From: Candidatus Heimdallarchaeota archaeon
Lineage (GTDB): Archaea; Asgardarchaeota; Heimdallarchaeia; JABLTI01
Assembly: GCA_018238155.1 (NCBI GenBank)
Contig: JABCTZ010000007.1
Location: 130,896 to 194,895 of the forward strand
DNA length: 64,000 nucleotides
Direction of reading: 5' to 3'
The position numbers and the translations under genes are program-made. The notes below the pieces were generated by a model. The model ran no database searches, was not told where the DNA came from, and was given only the letters and a program-made list of their open reading frames with translations. Shown piece after piece: positions 54,635-64,000 of the stretch. Within the stretch, counting starts at the first letter, position 1; every line of letters begins with the position of its first letter.

Positions 54635-56659
54635 TTGATTACAAAAATATTTCGAAGTCGAAAAAATAGTCTATTAGCATTGATCTTTATTTTTATTTTT
54701 TTGTTGCCATTTTTTGTTAATGATCAGATGATTTTTCTGAATGCAATATCAAATTATGATAATGAACTTGAAATTGATGCTAAGAAAAAAGCACCAATAG
54801 ATTCAACAAATGTAACAGAGTTGAGCTATTGGGATGACAACTACGGAGATATCTTTGAAGTTGTTGTAACTGGGAGCTATGCATATTTAACACTTGGAGA
54901 TAATGGATTATTAATTGTTGATGTTTCTGATGTAACAGCACCTAGTGTTGTTGCTGAATGGGATACTTATGCATGTAGATACATTTACATTGAGTCTGAT
55001 GTAATTTATGCAACAAATTTATCATCAGTTTACATACTTGATGCATCTGATTTCAGTAACATGAATGTTATTAGCAACTGGACAGTATCTAATACTATTA
55101 GAGATATTCTTGTAGATGGTAGCTTTGTACATCTTACAACAGATGCACAATATGCAATATACAACATCACAGATTTAGCAACCCCAACTCAAACCGACAG
55201 TTTTATTCAAGCTGGTTTGACAACTCTCCAACTAGATGGTGATATTTTATATGTTGAAGATTCAAATCGTGTGCGAATACTAAATGTATCTGATGTTACT
55301 TCTATAGTTCAACTGGATGATGTTTACTTTTCAGGTTTAGACAATTTCTACTATTCAAATGATTTCTTGTACATAACTGATTCAGTTGGTATTTACATCT
55401 ATAATACAACTTTACCCGATACTCCTATTTTGGTGAGCTTATTTGCCCTCAATTTCACAGGTGGAGATGCTGATCTTTTACTCAAAGGAAATTACCTTCT
55501 TGTAAATAATGTTGTTACCATTGAAATGTTTGATATTTCAAATAAAAATGCTCCACTTTACTATACAACTTATAAGGACATATTCACTTCCTCTGATTTC
55601 CAAATAGTAGGAGATAACATTTATCTTTGGGATGATCTATCAATGGAAATTCTCGATTCTTCTGATTTAACAGCAATATCTGTAATTTGGTTGGATCAAT
55701 TCAATGGTTATGCTAAGGATGTTTTCTTAGATGGAGATTTTGCATTTATTGCAGATGGATCAAATCTTCAAATAATGGACATTACTGATTTTAATAATCC
55801 TGTAGAAGTTGGCCAATTCTTTGATGAAAATGGTGCCTTTACTGATGTTTATGTAAATAATGGTTTTGCATATCTCCTAGAGGATGGATTAGGTCTTCGA
55901 ATAGTTGATATATCTGATCCTGCAAATCCTATTGAAAGGGGCAATCTTACATTGCCTGGAGATTTTCAAAGACTCTGTGCAAATGATGAATACGTTTTCG
56001 TTGCAAACGGTGTTGCTGGACTTAGTATAATCGATGTATATTATCCTGGGTATCCACAACTATCTTTACTATATGATGAAGTAGGCAGTGTTTATGATGT
56101 TGCTTTGATGGGGAATAATCTGTTTCTAGCAACTGGTTCTTATTTACAAATTGTAGATATAAGCAACCCATATGAACCTGAGGCAATAGCTAATTATACA
56201 CGAGCTACTTCCTTCTACACTTCTCTAGTCGTTTCTGAAAACTATATTTACGCAGTATCATTTTTTGAAGGATTTGATATTATTGATATAGCCACTGATA
56301 TTACCATTCCTGCAAAAGTTGGTCAGTACTTTACTAATCAATTTCCTATGGATATCTGTGTTGAAGGTGACTATATCTATCTTTTAGATGGTCTTTTTGG
56401 TCATAGTCTATTTGATGCCTTTAACATTGCTCATCCTAAGTTGATTGCTAGTTTTGATACTTTTGCTGGTATTACTGAAGGTTTTGCTGTCAGAAATGGA
56501 TACATCTTTGTTACTACAGGTTTAAATGGAACACATATTCTAACTACTAATCCATTACTTACTCTTAAATCACCATTCTTAGGACCACTGGCATTTTTTG
56601 CCGGACTGACTATTTTCTCAGTGATTGTTATCTTTATTCGCAAGAAGAAGAGAAACTAA
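54635..56659 (+). CDS. LVIVD-repeat beta-propeller surface protein, paralog 1
   Basis: Repeats GLLIVDVSD, GLRIVDISDP, GLSIIDV; signal peptide; C-terminal TM with RKKKR. Confidence 0.85.
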   Translation: MITKIFRSRKNSLLALIFIFIFLLPFFVNDQMIFLNAISNYDNELEIDAKKKAPIDSTNVTELSYWDDNYGDIFEVVVTGSYAYLTLGDNGLLIVDVSDVTAPSVVAEWDTYACRYIYIESDVIYATNLSSVYILDASDFSNMNVISNWTVSNTIRDILVDGSFVHLTTDAQYAIYNITDLATPTQTDSFIQAGLTTLQLDGDILYVEDSNRVRILNVSDVTSIVQLDDVYFSGLDNFYYSNDFLYITDSVGIYIYNTTLPDTPILVSLFALNFTGGDADLLLKGNYLLVNNVVTIEMFDISNKNAPLYYTTYKDIFTSSDFQIVGDNIYLWDDLSMEILDSSDLTAISVIWLDQFNGYAKDVFLDGDFAFIADGSNLQIMDITDFNNPVEVGQFFDENGAFTDVYVNNGFAYLLEDGLGLRIVDISDPANPIERGNLTLPGDFQRLCANDEYVFVANGVAGLSIIDVYYPGYPQLSLLYDEVGSVYDVALMGNNLFLATGSYLQIVDISNPYEPEAIANYTRATSFYTSLVVSENYIYAVSFFEGFDIIDIATDITIPAKVGQYFTNQFPMDICVEGDYIYLLDGLFGHSLFDAFNIAHPKLIASFDTFAGITEGFAVRNGYIFVTTGLNGTHILTTNPLLTLKSPFLGPLAFFAGLTIFSVIVIFIRKKKRN

Positions 56660-56675
56660 CTAATATAAATTTAAC

Positions 56676-56712
56676 AGAGAAAGATATTCTTCTTTCTCTT
56701 CCATTCTTTTTT
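56676..56712 (+). terminator. Hairpin plus T-rich tail after LVIVD paralog 1
   Basis: AGAGAAAGA-TATTCT-TCTTTCTCT followed by a T-rich run. Confidence 0.5.
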
Positions 56713-56915
56713 CTCAAAAAGTTCAGGTCATTCAAGATCTCCTTCTAGAAGAATCCTTGCTTCTTTTTTACTCTTGAGAAGAGCTATAATCTGGTTTGAT
56801 TTACTTTAAAAAATTAGAAATATTAATTGAGTAATAATCTTTTTTAAGCTAGAGAATGTTTGAGATAATATCGTTTTCTTATTCTAGAATTTGAGTAGAG
56901 AGTTATATTAAAAAG

Positions 56916-58955
56916 GTGAAAAAAATTACGAATTCAAAAATATTTTCTAGCCGAAAAAAAAGCTTTGTAGTATTAATCTTTATTGTTATTTTTCTGTTGC
57001 CATTTTTTATTAATGATCAAATGACTTTTCTGAGTGCAACTTCAAATACCAATTATGATTTTGAAATAAATGCTAAGAAAAAATCACCAATAGATTCAGC
57101 TAATGTATCAGAATTAGCTTATTGGGACGACAACTATGGGTCAATCCGAGAAGTTGTAGTTGAAGGAAATTTCGCTTATCTAACACTCAATGCTGATGGT
57201 TTTGTAATAGTTGATATCTCAGATATCTCAGCTCCATTAGTTGTTGGAAAATGGGATACATATAGATGTAATTACATCGATATTGTTGATAATAGGCTTT
57301 ATTGCGTAAATAATACTCAAGTTTACATTATTGATGCAACTGATTTCAGCAATTTGAATGTTATTTGCAACTGGACAATTGGTCTTACAATCCATGATAT
57401 CAAAGCAGTTGGTGATACTGTTCATCTTACATCTTCGAGTTATTATCGTATATACAATATCACTGATTTAGTGAACCCTTATGAAGTAGATACATTCATA
57501 GAAAATGGTTTATCCGAGTTCCAAATTGTAGATAACTTCGTATATCTCGAAGATTCACATCGTATTCGAATACTAAATATATCCGATCTCAGTAATATTG
57601 TTCAATTGTATGATATCTATAGATCAAACTTGAATGATTTTATCGTAAAAAATGGTTACTTGTATATGAACGCTATCAGTGATGTATTTGTTTTTAATGT
57701 AACAGACCTTACTGCTCCTGAAATTATGGACACCTATGCTCTTAATAATTCATACGCATCAGGTGATATCTGCGCTATGGGAAATTATTTTCTATCAAAT
57801 AATGGACAAGTCATTGAAATCATTGATAGTTCAAATAAAAGTGCTCTTCTCTATTATACATTGTATAAAGATACTTTCACTTTTGATGATTTTCTATTGG
57901 TAGGAAATAATCTCTATCTTTGGGATGACACCACCCTTAAAATCCTCGATGTATCAGATTTAATGACTATCTCTACGGTTTGGTTAGATCAATTCAATGG
58001 CTTTGCTTATGATATTTTCTTAGACGGAAATTTTGCCTTTATCGCTGATGGTTCAAATCTTCAAATAATGGATATTTCCGATATTGATAATCCTGTAGAA
58101 GTTGGACAATTCTTTGATGAAAATTCTGCTTTTAGTCACGTTTACGTGAATAATGGTTTTGCATATCTCCTTGAATTTGGATTTGGTCTTCGAATAGTTG
58201 ATATCACAGATCCAACTAATCCTATTGAAAGAGGAAATCTCACTGGATTGCCTAGAGGTTTTGAAGATATTTATGCTAATGATGAATATGTTTTCGTTTC
58301 TCATGGTTCTGCAGGACTGAGCATAATCGATGTTTACTATCCCGATTATCCCCAATTATCTTTACTTTATGAAGAAGTTGGTGATGTCTTTGAAGCTGAG
58401 ATGGTAGAAACTACTCTATATCTGGCTGCTGGAGAATATTTACATGTCATTGACTTGAGTAATCCATATGAACCAGAACCAATTGTTAATTATACACGAG
58501 CTACTTCTGACTATAGATCTCTTGTCGTTACTGAAGACTATATTTATGCTCTATCAAGATTAGAAGGATTTGATATTATTGATATAGTCACAGATATCAC
58601 CACTCCCTCAAAAGTTGGTCAATACTTTACTAATCAGTTTCCTATGGATATCTGTGTTGAAGGTGATTATATCTATCTTTTAGATGATTCTTTCGGTTTT
58701 AGCCTATTTGATGCCTTTAATATTGCTCATCCAAAGTTGATTGCTACTTTTGATGCATTTGTTGGTACTGAGCAAGGTTTTACTGTTAGAAATGGTAATA
58801 TCTTTGTCACAACAGGCATGAATGGAACACACATTCTTACTACTAGTCCACTACTTACTGCCAAAACACCATTCCTCGGTCCATTAACATTCTTTGCCGG
58901 TTTGACTATTTTCTCAGTGATTGTTATCTTTATTCGTAAGAAGAAGAGAAGCTAA
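56916..58955 (+). CDS. LVIVD-repeat beta-propeller surface protein, paralog 2
   Basis: Same architecture as 54635-56659. Confidence 0.85.
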   Translation: MKKITNSKIFSSRKKSFVVLIFIVIFLLPFFINDQMTFLSATSNTNYDFEINAKKKSPIDSANVSELAYWDDNYGSIREVVVEGNFAYLTLNADGFVIVDISDISAPLVVGKWDTYRCNYIDIVDNRLYCVNNTQVYIIDATDFSNLNVICNWTIGLTIHDIKAVGDTVHLTSSSYYRIYNITDLVNPYEVDTFIENGLSEFQIVDNFVYLEDSHRIRILNISDLSNIVQLYDIYRSNLNDFIVKNGYLYMNAISDVFVFNVTDLTAPEIMDTYALNNSYASGDICAMGNYFLSNNGQVIEIIDSSNKSALLYYTLYKDTFTFDDFLLVGNNLYLWDDTTLKILDVSDLMTISTVWLDQFNGFAYDIFLDGNFAFIADGSNLQIMDISDIDNPVEVGQFFDENSAFSHVYVNNGFAYLLEFGFGLRIVDITDPTNPIERGNLTGLPRGFEDIYANDEYVFVSHGSAGLSIIDVYYPDYPQLSLLYEEVGDVFEAEMVETTLYLAAGEYLHVIDLSNPYEPEPIVNYTRATSDYRSLVVTEDYIYALSRLEGFDIIDIVTDITTPSKVGQYFTNQFPMDICVEGDYIYLLDDSFGFSLFDAFNIAHPKLIATFDAFVGTEQGFTVRNGNIFVTTGMNGTHILTTSPLLTAKTPFLGPLTFFAGLTIFSVIVIFIRKKKRS

Positions 58956-59102
58956 TTACCAAAAAATTAAACAGAGAAAGAAAGTTTTTTTCTTTCTTTT
59001 CCCAACCTTTTTTATTCCTCAATAAGCAAAGCTTTTTTTGTATAATGAGCATTCTTTCAATTGATATTCACTATTTTCTAGGTGAATTAGTCTAATGATT
59101 AG

Positions 59103-60224
59103 TTGGTACTAAAAATGGGATATGCCAGTCAATTGGGAACATTCAGTGTGACCATTAAAAAGAAATTTGTTTCATTATCAATCCCTATTATGATTATATC
59201 TGTTTTGAGTGGTTTGTGCAGTATAATCATTTTTGGTTATTTTAATTCAGATGCAAGTGGTGGAGGTGGACCTCCTCCTGCAACACCAATACAAGGTGAC
59301 ACTCCAGGTATTGCTGCCTTAAATGCATTATTTTATGTTGGAATAGCTTTTATTGGTGCTTTTGCTATTTTTCTTGTTTTCAAGTTTGGAAAGATCAAAC
59401 TATTGAAAGCTTTCTTTGCAGTTGCTGTAGGAATTACCTCGTTCTTCTTTGTCTTTCTTCTTATCTATAGTGCTCCCTATTTCTTCCTTGATATCTTTTT
59501 ACATGGTGGAGTTTTCCAAGTTTCCACTGATTGGATTATACTCTCAATTGCCATTGTTGTTGGTTTAGCTTATGCTATCTTTACAGTAGTCTCAATGGTC
59601 TACACTTTGACTTCAGAACCAATATCTCAAGTAATGGCAATGCTCTTTGCAGTTTTAGCTGGAACCTTTCTAGCAACTTTTCTACCGATGTTAGCTTCGA
59701 TTTTTATTATGATTGGTTTAAGCATATATGATATTATTTCAGTTTTCAAAGGACCAATTAAGAAAATTGCTGAAGTAAGTGACGAACGAGAAAATGCAAA
59801 GTATCAAGAGGTTGTTTCAACAACAGCTATAACTGATGATTCCAATGAAACAGAATTTACTGTTAAAATCGAAGATACAGTAGACTCTCCTGAACCTGCA
59901 ATAGACACTAAACTTGAAGATGTTGAATATGAATATTCAGATTATATAGAATTAGGTTTAGGGGATCTTGCATTTTTTGGTATGCTCTTTAGTTTTGCAC
60001 TCATTAGATTAGGTTTCTTTTCTGCAATTGGTGCTTTTATTGGTGTAGTTGTTGGAGCCATTGGTACAATAAAACTTCTTGAGAAGGTTAAAATGATGCC
60101 TGGTCTGCCATTATCAATCGGATTAGGTTTAATACTGGCATTTGGTATATGGGGAATTTTTGCTTTGGCAGGTTACTCTGGCTGGGGCTGGATTTCTCCT
60201 GAGTGGTTAAGTTTAGCTGTTTGA
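59103..60224 (+). CDS. Presenilin-type GxGD intramembrane aspartyl protease
   Basis: SIYDIISV, ELGLGDLAFF, MPGLP (PAL-like); about 9 TMs; acidic loop between the two catalytic helices. Confidence 0.88.
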   Translation: MVLKMGYASQLGTFSVTIKKKFVSLSIPIMIISVLSGLCSIIIFGYFNSDASGGGGPPPATPIQGDTPGIAALNALFYVGIAFIGAFAIFLVFKFGKIKLLKAFFAVAVGITSFFFVFLLIYSAPYFFLDIFLHGGVFQVSTDWIILSIAIVVGLAYAIFTVVSMVYTLTSEPISQVMAMLFAVLAGTFLATFLPMLASIFIMIGLSIYDIISVFKGPIKKIAEVSDERENAKYQEVVSTTAITDDSNETEFTVKIEDTVDSPEPAIDTKLEDVEYEYSDYIELGLGDLAFFGMLFSFALIRLGFFSAIGAFIGVVVGAIGTIKLLEKVKMMPGLPLSIGLGLILAFGIWGIFALAGYSGWGWISPEWLSLAV

Positions 60225-60355
60225 TTTTTTTAGAAAAACAGCTAAGAATCATTTTTTTCAGTATTTTTTTTGTTAATAAAAAATTAAGTAGATGAAAAAA
60301 AAAAATAGGTCTAAAAAAGAAAAAATAAAGAAAAATGTTGCAAAATGCAACTTGA

Positions 60356-61042
60356 TTACGTTTGTTCTTTTACTCGTTCTCCCTCTTCTCCACCTTTTGC
60401 AGTAATTTGCATACTACTTGGTAATACTTTGAAGGTAAAGTCTTCAACGGAGAGAGGAATAGTTCCATCAGGTGGAATTTCACCTCGTGCCCTCAAGATT
60501 TCTCTTGCTAAAAGCCAATAAACTAATGCTAAAGCTCTTCGACCTTTGTTGTTGGATGGGACGAGAATATCAACACCTTTGATTTCATTATCTGTGTCGC
60601 ACATAGCAGCAACAACGATGCCAACTTTGTTGGCTTCTTTAATTGCTTGTTTATCTGCACGAGGATCTGTAACGAGGACAACTTCAGGTTCGATAAAACC
60701 TGTGAATTCTGGATTTGTTAAAGTTCCTGGAATAAATCTACCTGGAACACTTCTAAATCCGCACGTTTTGGCAAGCTTGCTTCCTGGGACTTGTCCATAT
60801 TGTCTTGCAGAGAAAATTGCTACTTGATTAGGTTCATAGCGAGCTAGGAATTTTGCCAACGTTCTTATTCTATTATCTGTTGCTCGCACATCTAAAACGT
60901 AAAGCCCATCACTTCTTATTAAATAAATGAATTTTTTCATTGATTTTGTGCCTATACGTGTACCTATATGTACACCGGCAGCTAAATATTCATCTAAACC
61001 AATTAGTAAATCTTCAGTTATTTGATCTGGTTCTATAGCCAA
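60356..61042 (-). CDS. rps2: 30S ribosomal protein S2
   Basis: YLAAGVHIGT, GRFIPGTLTNP, PSNNKGRRALAL. Confidence 0.97.
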   Translation of the reverse strand: MAIEPDQITEDLLIGLDEYLAAGVHIGTRIGTKSMKKFIYLIRSDGLYVLDVRATDNRIRTLAKFLARYEPNQVAIFSARQYGQVPGSKLAKTCGFRSVPGRFIPGTLTNPEFTGFIEPEVVLVTDPRADKQAIKEANKVGIVVAAMCDTDNEIKGVDILVPSNNKGRRALALVYWLLAREILRARGEIPPDGTIPLSVEDFTFKVLPSSMQITAKGGEEGERVKEQT

Positions 61043-61541
61043 TTTTAGTACCTCTAGTAATCTTAAACGAAATTATATAGTAAATATTCTTTCTGGAGCA
61101 GAATTCTACTTAAACCGTATAAAATCTTTTTGTTAGGTTTTTTGTATCCTCTGCCTTTCTCTCTTTTAATAACTGTCTTTAAGTCTTTTCCTTCTCTCTT
61201 ATCATCTTTTTGACTCTTTTTTTCCCTTCTTTTTCTTTCTGTCCTCAAGTTCTTAATCCCTTTTTTTTCTTAGCGACTCCTTGGTCTTTTTATATTTTCT
61301 TTTCCATTCTTTACTGTTGTTGTTCTTCATGGTCAAGCGTGTTTCTTCCTCCAAGCCCCCCATTATTCCTCCTGGATGACCTTCTCATTCCACCCTTAAT
61401 TTCAATTCTCTTCTTTTCCACCTTCTCTCCAAGCCTGAGCGCTGTTTCTTGTAAGCCCTCTGCTCCAACCCTTTTGGCTCTCCTCAACCTCTTTTCTCTC
61501 GTTCTAACTTTCTCTTCCTACTCCGTCGTTTCTTCAGTGAC

Positions 61542-62377
61542 TTGCTCTCTCCTTTCAGTGATGCCACCCTTCTTTCCCATCTTTTCTCCTGTGAGTGCTA
61601 TGCTGACCTGGAATATCCTTCCGGTTCCTCTCTTCGCCTCTTCCGCTTGGGTCTTGTCCATGCTTATCCCATGTCTCGTAAGGGCGTTTGCTTTGAGTAC
61701 TGGTTCGGCTTTTCCCGTGAATATTATCCTCTCTTTCCCCGTAATTTTCGTGCTCGCTTTCCCCCCATGACTCTTTTGCCGAGCTCTGTTTTCGCACACT
61801 TCGTGCTGGTTTGGCTGACAGTCTTTTCCATGCTGACTCCTCTCTTTGGCGTCTTCCCCATTGGGATGGCAGTGGTACCTTTGTCGTTGATAACTACCTT
61901 CGCGTCGAGCATACCCGTCAGAGCAACAGTTATTGGTGGTTCGAGGTTCACACTGGCAGCAAAGGATTTGATGAGCGCGATTTTCTGAAGCGTTTGTTGA
62001 CCGCTGAGAAGGAGTCCTTGAGGAATTCTTCTCTTTTAGAGCCAAGCTGGGAAAAGTTCAAAGTGGGAACTTTTAGAGTTATCACTCAAGAGGGTAAGGT
62101 CTATACTTGTGAGGTTATGAAGGCAAGACACAATTATGTTAATATCAAAGTTACAGAGAATCACGAGCCTTTCGCTACGGATTACATTGTCTTGATCCGA
62201 AACTATGATAATTGCCGGATAGATTTTCTTCGAAAACGCTCACGTTATGCTCTGGGTTTTGTTGCTCGAAACTTTTTGGTTGGCCTACTAAATCAACAGA
62301 AGGATTCTCTTGCTCAAATGGGTTCAAGTCCATTCATAGAGACCATAGAAGCAGTTCACAGAGGGATTGCTCAATGA
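61542..62377 (+). pseudogene. Orphan gene apparently frameshifted at the C6 run (61761-61766)
   Basis: ...NFRARFP in one frame continues as HDSFAELCFRTLRAGLADSLF... in the -1 frame; codon bias switches frame at the same point; the stop overlaps the next ATG. Confidence 0.4.
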
Positions 62378-63081
62378 GCGGTGCCGAGAGCAAGGGTAAA
62401 GGAAATACCATTTCTAAACCCTTCTTAAATGAAATCGTTGGAGTCATTCAAACGGTAAATCTGTTCAAGGATGAAACCGACCAAGTTATTGGTGTAAGAG
62501 GACAAATGAGCCTTACACCTAAGAGTGTCGAAGCAATCAAAGCGTTAGGATTTATGCTTGATTCTGATCGAGTCATTTACAAAGTTGTTAATGAAAAGCT
62601 CTCAAACTGGGACGGAGAAGAAGCTTTCCAAAAAGGAGATGTGCTTACTTTTGGTTCAGCACATATAACAGCCTATAAAGGAAAAATTGTCGATTGGAAT
62701 GGTTTACTTTATACAAGCTTATGTAGAAGCGGTTTTGTAAAAGTAGTCGCTGGTGAGAGGAAAACTTCTGGAAAATTCAGCGCAAAGGAGTACAGAAATC
62801 CCCTTCTAAAGACCGCAGCAAAAGAGAAACCTGTAACTGAAACTAAACCAGAATTACAACAGCTTGCTAAGACCTTCGTTACAACTGATTACCGACTCTT
62901 TGAAACATTGATAACAGGTATAGAGCAAGCAGAAGAAGCACTTGGTGAACTAAAGAAGATTGTAAGTGCAGGTGAAGTATTAGCTATTCCTGAGCGAGAA
63001 TTCCATCACCACAGCACCAAAGTTTCCTTGGCTTATCTTCGTCTGTTCTCAACTATCTTGCATATTTCGGAGAGAGAATAA
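62374..63081 (+). CDS. Putative OB-fold (SSB/RPA-like) protein with a helical C-terminus
   Basis: ATG 62374 overlaps the upstream TGA. NWDGEEAFQKGDVLTFGSAHITAYKG resembles the OB-fold W...GDV.....(v)..Y.G pattern. Confidence 0.5.
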   Translation: MSGAESKGKGNTISKPFLNEIVGVIQTVNLFKDETDQVIGVRGQMSLTPKSVEAIKALGFMLDSDRVIYKVVNEKLSNWDGEEAFQKGDVLTFGSAHITAYKGKIVDWNGLLYTSLCRSGFVKVVAGERKTSGKFSAKEYRNPLLKTAAKEKPVTETKPELQQLAKTFVTTDYRLFETLITGIEQAEEALGELKKIVSAGEVLAIPEREFHHHSTKVSLAYLRLFSTILHISERE

Positions 63082-63172
63082 CTCTCCAATGAACCTTTTT
63101 TCCTTTTATTTTAAACTCAGAGCAGTTTCAACTCTCTGAGGAAAAACAAAACTAATAAGAGGTGATGAGTAA

Positions 63173-63397
63173 ATGATACCACCAGAGGAGCAACAATCAA
63201 TGGTTAAGGACACACGACGAAGTTCTGAAGAAATAATTCCAATCTTGCTAAAGATCCTAACTAATCAACCCCAGTCTGTTAGTCGGTTATCGAGTGGTTC
63301 TAAAGAGCTTGATGATTATCTTAGTAATGAGACAATTGGCGTCGAGTATATAAAGAAGCTTGGCTCGAAGAACAATAATTCCGTTTGTTTTAGTTAG
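63173..63397 (+). CDS. Small protein, possibly a truncated winged-HTH regulator
   Basis: SD GAGGTGA; RRSSEEIIPILLKILTNQPQSVSRLS resembles a wHTH start. Confidence 0.4.
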   Translation: MIPPEEQQSMVKDTRRSSEEIIPILLKILTNQPQSVSRLSSGSKELDDYLSNETIGVEYIKKLGSKNNNSVCFS

Positions 63398-63719
63398 CGG
63401 GGAAGCATCCTCAAATAAAACTATTGTAATTGGGATTAACAATGATTCTGTTCGGATACATCCCCAGCTACTACTTTTCTTTTTAATTATTTTAACTCTT
63501 TGTTTAGTGGAGTAGAACTGAGAGGAGAATTCTTCGCGAAGAACTACTTTACAATGAAAAGAGTTTTTTACAAAAAAGATAATTCAGAGTTTTACTATTA
63601 GTTTTTTCTCAGAATAAAATTTAAAACCTTCGAAATTATTTCCTATATAATACAAAAATAGTTTAACATGAAAAATACAAACCTTTAAATGAATCTTTTT
63701 GCTGTATTTTCTATTGAAG

Positions 63720-64000
63720 ATGGATGTAAAGATATTGATGAATAGAATGTTAGTACCATTAATAGTGTTGATTTTATCCTCTTCAACACTTTTGAATCCA
63801 ATGGTTGAGCAAGGAGATACACTACAGTATCAGGTTAATAAGTCAAACTTTTCAGCACAAATAGACGAAAATACAGTTTCTATTAGAGGATTCAAGTTTC
63901 ATGGTTTATTTTACAAACCAAGAACTTCAGTAGATGTTTTTGTTGGAAATTTACATACAGGCATGAATGCAAATTATTCTATTGGTGATAATTCCTACAG
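63720..64000 (+). CDS. Secreted/surface protein, N-terminal part, runs off the window end
   Basis: Open frame MDVKILMNRMLVPLIVLILSS...VEQGDTLQYQVNKS... with a signal-like hydrophobic stretch. Confidence 0.55.
   Translation, partial: MDVKILMNRMLVPLIVLILSSSTLLNPMVEQGDTLQYQVNKSNFSAQIDENTVSIRGFKFHGLFYKPRTSVDVFVGNLHTGMNANYSIGDNSY

Larger units (their letters stand above)
54635..58990 (+). repeat. Tandem gene duplication (unit about 2.3 kb)
   Basis: Two colinear paralogs share long identical nucleotide stretches in their 3' halves and similar AGAGAAAG hairpins after the stops. Confidence 0.85.
61130..63400. mobile_element. Compositionally anomalous island, probable mobile-element relic
   Basis: Polypyrimidine tract, GC-richer sequence, strong third-position T/C codon bias, frameshifted gene, ATGA-coupled orphan ORFs; boundaries approximate. 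Confidence 0.45.

Noticed and set aside
61210-61770. 186-aa hydrophobic ORF, and the following 73-aa ORF from 61767, as membrane proteins
   Set aside because: The hydrophobicity is explained by pyrimidine richness, as a shifted-frame shadow of T/C-ending codons. The neighbouring frame is the one coupled to the next gene.
61518-62045. Minus-strand Lys/Arg/Glu-rich ORFs (also 61063-61248, 61555-61797, 61724-61951)
   Set aside because: These look like antisense shadows of pyrimidine-rich sequence and have no recognisable motifs.

Overview
A low-GC archaeal chromosomal segment, most consistent with an Asgard archaeon (Heimdallarchaeia-like); the taxonomy is inferred from gene content, not from a database search. 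Housekeeping genes include the RNA polymerase operon (rpoB, split rpoA1/rpoA2, rpl30e, nusA), tldD/pmbA, sdaAB/sdaAA, glnA, alaX, an Asp/Asn-tRNA synthetase, top6B/top6A, ndk, aIF5B and rps2. Eukaryote-signature-like proteins include a Rag-like GTPase-roadblock fusion next to a folliculin-like longin protein, a longin-wHTH-tandem-DENN-like protein, a SNAP/TPR-like plus Ig-fold protein and a eukaryote-like presenilin. Topo VI-B carries a very long helix-hairpin-helix repeat extension. Two compositionally distinct islands look like decayed mobile elements. The first (about 37.0-38.8 kb) holds a frameshifted OB-fold/Cas4-like nuclease head-to-head with a Cas10-like HD protein, with no CRISPR array. 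The second (about 61.1-63.4 kb) holds a polypyrimidine tract, a frameshifted gene and an OB-fold protein. There are also several structured intergenic elements, including a leader peptide upstream of a RIO kinase. No tRNA, rRNA or CRISPR array was recognised. All domain calls come from manual motif reading.
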